This document shows, in pieces, positions 57,783 through 64,000 of a stretch of 64,000 nucleotides of DNA (position 1 is its first letter; each line of letters opens with the position of its first letter). Under the pieces are notes generated by a model, which had not been told where the DNA came from, did no database searches, and saw only the letters and a program-made list of their open reading frames with translations. Both the position numbers and the translations under genes were made by a program. The DNA comes from a virus (Duplodnaviria > Caudoviricetes), in the IMG/VR virus record IMGVR_UViG_3300028591_000106, positions 1 through 64,000 of that record, one strand, 5' to 3'.

Positions 57783-57900
57783 TATCTTCTCCCTCCCAAT
57801 CTGGAACTTTTACATCTGTCAAAGTAGTAACATATTGCCATTCTCCATTATGAAGGCGGTATATATTTACTGATTCTATATCTTTTAATATAAATTCCAT
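57739..57900 (-). CDS. Hypothetical protein (53 aa)
   Basis: AGGAG RBS after the recJ stop. Confidence 0.5.
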   Translation of the reverse strand: MEFILKDIESVNIYRLHNGEWQYVTTLTDVKVPDWEGEDNGRTMQEDRGMESQ

Positions 57901-57909
57901 TATATCTCC

Positions 57910-59715
57910 TTAAAAGTCATAAATAGAAACAGGCTTAATCTCATACTGATCAACAATAATCTGTGGGGTAGTATTCCCTCTAAAGTGGTTTAAACTTGCC
58001 TTACCTGCAATATTTAATTTAATAGTATCCCCATCTGTATTATTAAATTCTTCAATAGCATCGGCGGCTTTAAAGAATAAATATGTCATTCGATTAAACT
58101 CAATCTTCATGGTATCACCTTTAGATCCCATAACTTTTACAGATGATTTTGGAATAGTTAAATCTTCTACAATAATGACTGGCTCTTTATTTCCTTGTCC
58201 CCAGTATTTACTCTTTTCTCCAATTGAGTAAACTAAATCATAGAGATCAGAATAGTTTGCCGGCACAACGAAATCTGCTTCATAGAAGTTTTCATTGAAG
58301 TTAATATCTTTTAATGCTTCGTTAGCATAATTTACCAGTCTATCAATATCATTCTTTTTGATACTAAAACCTGCAGCATTAGCATGACCTTCTACAAAAT
58401 CTGTGTAACCACTGTAATTTAAGAAACCTTTGAAATCTTTTAACTCGCTTTCTTCACGACCGCGAATTGATCCTTTCAAATATCCGCCAGGAGTTGTTCG
58501 ACCAAGCATTGTAGGCTTCTTATACTTTGCCGCGATACCCATAGCAATTAATCCTGTTAAGGTTGTTGGGACATCCAAGTCATCAGCATTTAGAATAAGA
58601 ATTTTATTTTCATCGAGACAGTTATTCATAATTTGAATATCAAGTAACTCAATAGCCTTATCCTTTTCTCGATTCTAGCGAGAACGAGCATTAGTACAAT
58701 TTCTTGCACTCTGCTCTGCGATAGTCTCCATAGTACCTGCGGCACCGCGTTTTGTTGATGCGATCTCATTTTTGCCATGAATAAAACTCTCAAACATGAT
58801 TTCCTTTTCATGCTGAGATCCTACTCGGATAAGTGCATTGATAAGAGGAGTTACATAAAATGCTACTTTAAGCTAAGTTACATCTCCGTTAGTGTAATAG
58901 CTGTCAGTCCATGCATCTTCATAGATACCAAACATTGAGTAACATTGCTTTTTAACAACAGTCCTAAAAAATTCATTGTTGATATGAGAAAGACCATAAT
59001 CACAAATAAATCTGTTTTCAGGAGTTTGCATCCACATCATATCACTAATTTCTCCGAGTGCTACTAAATCTAAGTATTTATCGCTTTCCTCGGCTCCGAT
59101 CTTTTCATCGAGTGCTTGTAAAAATTTATAAACAATACCTACACCACTAGCCATTTTATTCGGATAATCTTGTGAAAGCTGATTATTTACAACTACAGCA
59201 TCTTCACTATATTTCTCTGCATCATGGTGATCAAGTACAAGAATATCATAACCGATTTCCTTTAGAAGTTTATGATATTCATAATCATTACTGGAACTAT
59301 CTGGTAGGACAATTAAGTCACAAATCTATCCGTCTTTTGTTAACTCCTCCATAACAGTTTCAAGACCATGTTCTTTACCTTCCGGAATATGATAACTAAT
59401 TTTTACTTCCGGATAATCATGACAAACTACTTCCTGCATATAGTTAATAAATACGGCGGCAGAAGTAAATCCATCAACATCACAGTCCACATAGACTCTA
59501 ATATGACTCTTATTATCAATATGCTTTATAAGCAATTCTATTGCTTCATTCATATGATCGAGTGAATAAGGATCACATAGATTGTCTTTTGTAGGCTTAA
59601 AATACCAAGAGGCCCCCTATTCGATATCTTCCGGAGTTAGGATTCCTCTATCTATGAGCAAATTCTTGGCATAATCGCTTCTAATGTCATAAGTTGTTTT
59701 TCTTATATATTTCAT
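57910..59715 (-). CDS. recJ: RecJ-like ssDNA exonuclease, DHH family (601 aa, code 15)
   Basis: YVDCDVDGFTS, LVLDHH, DLVALGEISD, GSIRG, GHANAAG. Confidence 0.9.
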
Positions 59716-60776
59716 TAAAACCAGACTCCTTTTGAAATTAATTCTCTTGCTACCTCCGGTCCACAGTCAAAAGGAGACTGTTTCAACTTCAGCAGATGAC
59801 TATAGTCGTAAGTATATCCCATGATACAATAATTACGGTATTTTTGACACAATGATTCAAGTTTTTTAACATAAGCCTCTTGTTCAGCCCATGTTTCGCC
59901 TTCTTTATCATACGCAATTAAAATACGCTCTGCACCACAAGATATTAGTAAATCAAGCTAATATTTATGGAATGTACTTCCACAAGTTGCGACGACGATA
60001 TTATTTTCTTGTCCGAACATCGTTCCATATTGCATAGGACTTTTCTCGCCTTCTGCAACGATCGCCATCTTAAATTTCCTAATATTGTCTTTTACAAGAT
60101 TTAATCCATATAAGTTATATTGGAGAGGATGATTGTAGGTCTTTCCTTCAATCACTACTGGCATATATTTTCCAAAAACTAAATCTTCTTCATTTAATGC
60201 CCTTCCTCTAATTCCAATAAGCCTATCGTTAATATCATAATGAGGAATGATAATTTTATTTTCAGAAATTGAATAAAGGATATTATATTTACGCATAATC
60301 TCTTCTGAAATGCCGTCATTTAGCCATTCAGGAGTAGGATTAAAAGTATAAACATTTAACACACCTTTATTTATTTCAGGCAATTCAATATTAGTTTCCT
60401 AATGAGATAAATTGTATATTGACTCATATCTTTGAGTAAAATCTGTCAGTCCAAAAGTTCGATGTTTCTTTCCGCCGCCAATCTTTAATACAATGTCTTT
60501 ATAGAAATCATATGTAATGCCCAATAATTCATATCGTTTCTTGAACATTTCAATGACATTAAATGTAGAACAACAATCAGTATAACAATGGAAAGTTTTT
60601 GTTTTTGGATAATAGTATAATTTCATACTTGCTTCGGCGGCATCGGCATTATGACAAATAGTAGGAAAGATAATGGCATTATGTGTCTATTCATATCTAT
60701 CTGCTCCAAGTGATGTCATAATCTCAATGATCTGTTCATCTGACAAACTTTTTGCAAGTTCAGTCAACTCACTCAT
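59715..60776 (-). CDS. dnaG: DnaG-type DNA primase (353 aa, code 15)
   Basis: Zinc motif TICHN...FHCYTDC, IIIPH...GIRGR, TOPRIM VAEGEKS and AYDKE. Confidence 0.85.
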
Positions 60777-60787
60777 TTAATCACTCC

Positions 60788-62494
60788 TTACAGAAAATCT
60801 GAAAACTTTTTGCCATGGACTCTCGCTCTTCTATCATCCATGTCATCAAATGCTTCTGACATATTTGTCATTAGTTCTTCTGGATCATCTGCCATTTCGC
60901 TCATATCAATCATTCCTGTATCGACTCCGTTATCTCCTTCATTCAAACTGTTGATAAAATCAATATCTTTATCAAATTCAAGATCTACAACTTGAGTAAT
61001 AACCTTGAAGTTTTCAATCGGTTTCATTTCAGGAGTTGTTACGAACAAGTCTTCTGTTCTCAAACAACCGGAATCATAATAAGACCATATCCTAACACGA
61101 TTCCATCTTCCGCCACGATTCTTAAACACATCTGTTACAAGAGTTGGGGCAAAAGAGAAATTCTTGATATAGCCTGCAAGTAAAGTCAATTCTTCTTGGG
61201 TTGGGCGGCTCATAATAGAACTGCAGTCAGACAAGTCATTGATTGCCTTAGATCCTCTAATGCATCTCTCATCTTTAAATCCACCCTTTGCAGCTTCTTC
61301 ATTTGTCAAACTTAACTGTGTAGCTGACATAATAAAAACATTCAGCTCTTTAGCAAGATTCTTGAGAGTTGTCGTAAACAATCTTAAAGCAACATCTTCT
61401 CTAATTCCAATATCACGATACTCATTCAGCATTGCCGGACAAGAGAAAATATAGTCATAGAAGAAATGCGTTACATCAAACTCAATAGCATACTGACGAA
61501 TAAGAGTTTTCATTATCTCGCCGCAAGGTTCAGGAACTTCAATCATTTCGAAATTCTCACGATATTGTTCCATGATTTCCATTGCCTTTTCGATACGAGG
61601 CATCTCTTCTTCGCCAAATAAACCATATTTAAACATATCTTCATTATAACCAGTAAGATATGCTAAAATCATTGGCTGGATTTCATCAATACTTTGCTCA
61701 GTCATAATATAAGCGACATGATAACAAGGTCCAGTTGAAACCCATTTATTACTTTTTGTATCAAACCTACAGGGATAAGCGAGATAACAGGCATCGCCAA
61801 CCATTCGACGAGTTTTACCAACACCAGACGCTGCACAACGAAGATAAAATTTACCAAGTCTTAAACCTCGACAAATCGTATGATATCTTTCACCTTGTGG
61901 AGTTGCTCCGATATCTGGCTTCTCTTTATAAGAAGCAACCAAGTCTCTGATACCTTCTGCCGCATTACCCTTCTTAATTGAACCATTAAGAATATATTTC
62001 TATTCTAATCGACCTACTTCAATTCTAAGATGATTAACTAAGTCTTGAAGAGTCATATGCTCAAAGCGTTCATTGATTTCATTATAACGACTATCAATGA
62101 TATTCTCACAATATAAATCGTTTGTATCTCTGCCGCTTTTCTGTAAGTCTTTGATAAAGTTTAGCTTTTTCAGCTTATTATAATAGTAATTGAAATTTTC
62201 AGGTTCGCCGGTCGCTTCACAGTCTTGCAAGAATCCTTCTGCATTCTCTTTTTCCAATAAAGCATTAGCTACCTCATTTGATTTGAGGTAGTTTAAAATA
62301 TCAATCGAACGAATGACCCTTGCTCCATCACCACTATTATACAGATTATTTATCGCTGAAAAGATAAATCTATCTAATGTGTTTGGGAAGTCATTAACTT
62401 CAAACAAATATCTATCAACTTCACTGAGAAAAGAAGGATGATGCATTAGACCACCAAGAACCTAAATAATAGTATGGCGGTCAATTTTTATCAT
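60788..62494 (-). CDS. dnaB: DnaB-like replicative helicase (568 aa, code 15)
   Basis: AASGVGKTR Walker A, IMTEQ, FFYDYI, LKNLAKELNVFIMSATQL, FKNRGG; TAG at codon 11 and at 62000. Confidence 0.9.
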
Positions 62495-63204
62495 TCGTCA
62501 TCACCTGTAATAGAGTTTAAATCAATTTGCTTACGCTTCTTCCTTCCGATATAATCACTCGGATTATATTTAATTTCTACTCTATCTTTCTCTAACTGTC
62601 TTTCAATAGCCTCTTCAATTTCTTTTTGTCTTTTATCCTGACTCTTATAATAAGCAGAAGCCTAATCATAAATATAAGGAATAATTCCGATTGTTTTATA
62701 TTTTTCTGTGACCTTATTACCTTTTACTTCATACCACCATTTCAATGTAAGAAGTTGAGATCTATAACTCATTCCTTCTTTTTGATGCTTTTGCATTTGA
62801 GCTACATTCCAGTCGCTTACTGGCTTATCTCCATCAGGTCCAAATAAACGATAAATATAAAACCACAAAGCGTCACGATCATCATTTATTTTTTCTTTCA
62901 ACTAAAGATTTTCTTCTGAAAGATGATTCTTAACGGTTGATGCAGAAATTCCAAGTTCTCTAGCTACTCGTGCCATATTTCGCCAAGCCGCAAAAAGTTC
63001 GTTAATCTTTTTGATCATTTCATCGTCAATTTTAACTCTTGCTTTTCTTACGACTTCAACCGGCGCGCCTTGATAAATATTTAAATACTTAGTAACAGAT
63101 GTCGTACTAATGCCAAGTTCTTCTGCTACCTTCTTTTTGCTATTGTATTTTTCATACAATACTGGAATTTGTGCGATAATTTCATCACTGATTTTTTTCG
63201 CCAT
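62491..63204 (-). CDS. Tandem-HTH protein, possible replication initiator / helicase loader (237 aa, code 15)
   Basis: KVAEELGISTTSV and RVARELGISASTV repeats; TIGIIPYIYD; coupled to the helicase gene. Confidence 0.65.
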
Positions 63205-63239
63205 CTTATCACACCCTTCTTTTAATTTCTTATATTTAT

Positions 63240-63268
63240 ATTATACCATATTCTATATGAAAAGTCAA
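63240..63268 (-). promoter_or_regulatory. sigmaA promoter for the replication operon
   Basis: TTGACT-17-TATAAT with TG. Confidence 0.85.
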
Positions 63269-63280
63269 GCATTCGCATAT

Positions 63281-63307
63281 AAAACGGCGGCAAATAATAT
63301 GCCGCCG
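63281..63307 (-). terminator. Terminator after phoH
   Basis: CGGCGGCA / TGCCGCCG stem followed by U4. Confidence 0.7.
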
Positions 63308-63313
63308 CTTACA

Positions 63314-64000
63314 TCATAGCTTATCCAAGTAGTCTGCAGCCGCCGCAACCATACTACGCTCAATTGTGACAAGTTGAATTGTAGAAAAAATACGAGACAA
63401 CTCTGGAGATTTGTGCAACTCAAGAAGTAATTGAAGTCCGTTACGATCCTTAAAAATTGCACTATCAGCCTGATGGATATCACCATCAAAGAAGATTCTA
63501 GTTCCTTCTCCACAACGACCGACAAGTAGCTTAATATGTTCTTCAGTTAGGTTTTCAGCTTCACTTACAATTACGATAGAATCAGTAAAGTTTCTACCTC
63601 TAATGTAAGCCATAGGAACAATTTCAAGCTTTTCCTCTTTAATCCATTCAAGTACAGTAATAATACCAACAATGTCGATAAGCGGTCCAATGAGAGGCTG
63701 AATTTTTTCAATCATATCTCCAGGCAATGCGCCAAGATCCATAGTATTTTGTGTATAAGAGTTATTTGGTACATATACAATCTTTTTAATCTTTTCTTTT
63801 TCAAGCTGGTTGATTGCATAGTGGTGAGTGCAATATGTCTTACCAGTTCCAAATGTTCCTCCGACATAAAGAATCTTATTGTCTTCATTTAAAATGGCAT
63901 CAATTAAGCAAATCTATTCTGGATTACGCGGTTTGATTATACCAGAATTATCATCCGTCCAATTAGATTCAAGTGTTTTGAACTTAACTGGTTCAAATTT
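63314..64000 (-). CDS. phoH: PhoH-family ATPase, 5' end beyond the window (code 15)
   Basis: PRNPE(Q), GGTFGTGKT, LGALPGD, YIRGRNF, EAENLT, GDIHQAD. Confidence 0.9.

Noticed and set aside
3984-64000. Widespread pseudogenisation or sequencing errors suggested by fragmented ORFs
   Set aside because: The interruptions I checked are all in-frame TAG, with no frameshifts, and they align with Gln in paralogs and family motifs.

Overview
This 64 kb window is part of a large, AT-rich tailed phage genome with siphovirus-type tail genes and sigmaA-type promoters and RBSs, suggesting a Firmicutes host. The phage reads TAG as glutamine (genetic code 15). Most fragments in the supplied ORF track are pieces of longer genes split at in-frame TAGs, and the rebuilt genes end in TAA or TGA. 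Layout: (1) 1-3450 is an array of single-unit expression cassettes, each behind a near-consensus sigmaA promoter, mostly ending in a terminator, and separated by paired CTTTA-N6-TAAAG palindromes. The cargo is small proteins, a polynucleotide kinase, a 2H phosphoesterase and at least two paralogous ~235-245 nt non-coding RNAs with compensatory base changes that I cannot assign to a known family. (2) 3984-49579 (+) holds a GH25 lysin, terminase, portal, protease/scaffold, capsid, neck proteins, five paralogous tail-tube-like proteins with large insertions, a nuclease-like protein, a 2641-aa tape measure, a CHAP lysin and very large Dit and Tal proteins. (3) 49614-64000 (-) holds replication genes: RuvC, dUTPase, ClpP, DnaE, RecJ, primase, DnaB-like helicase, an HTH protein and PhoH. 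I saw no tRNA, CRISPR array, integrase or reverse transcriptase. All calls come from manual translation and motif recognition; no database search or RNA folding was run.
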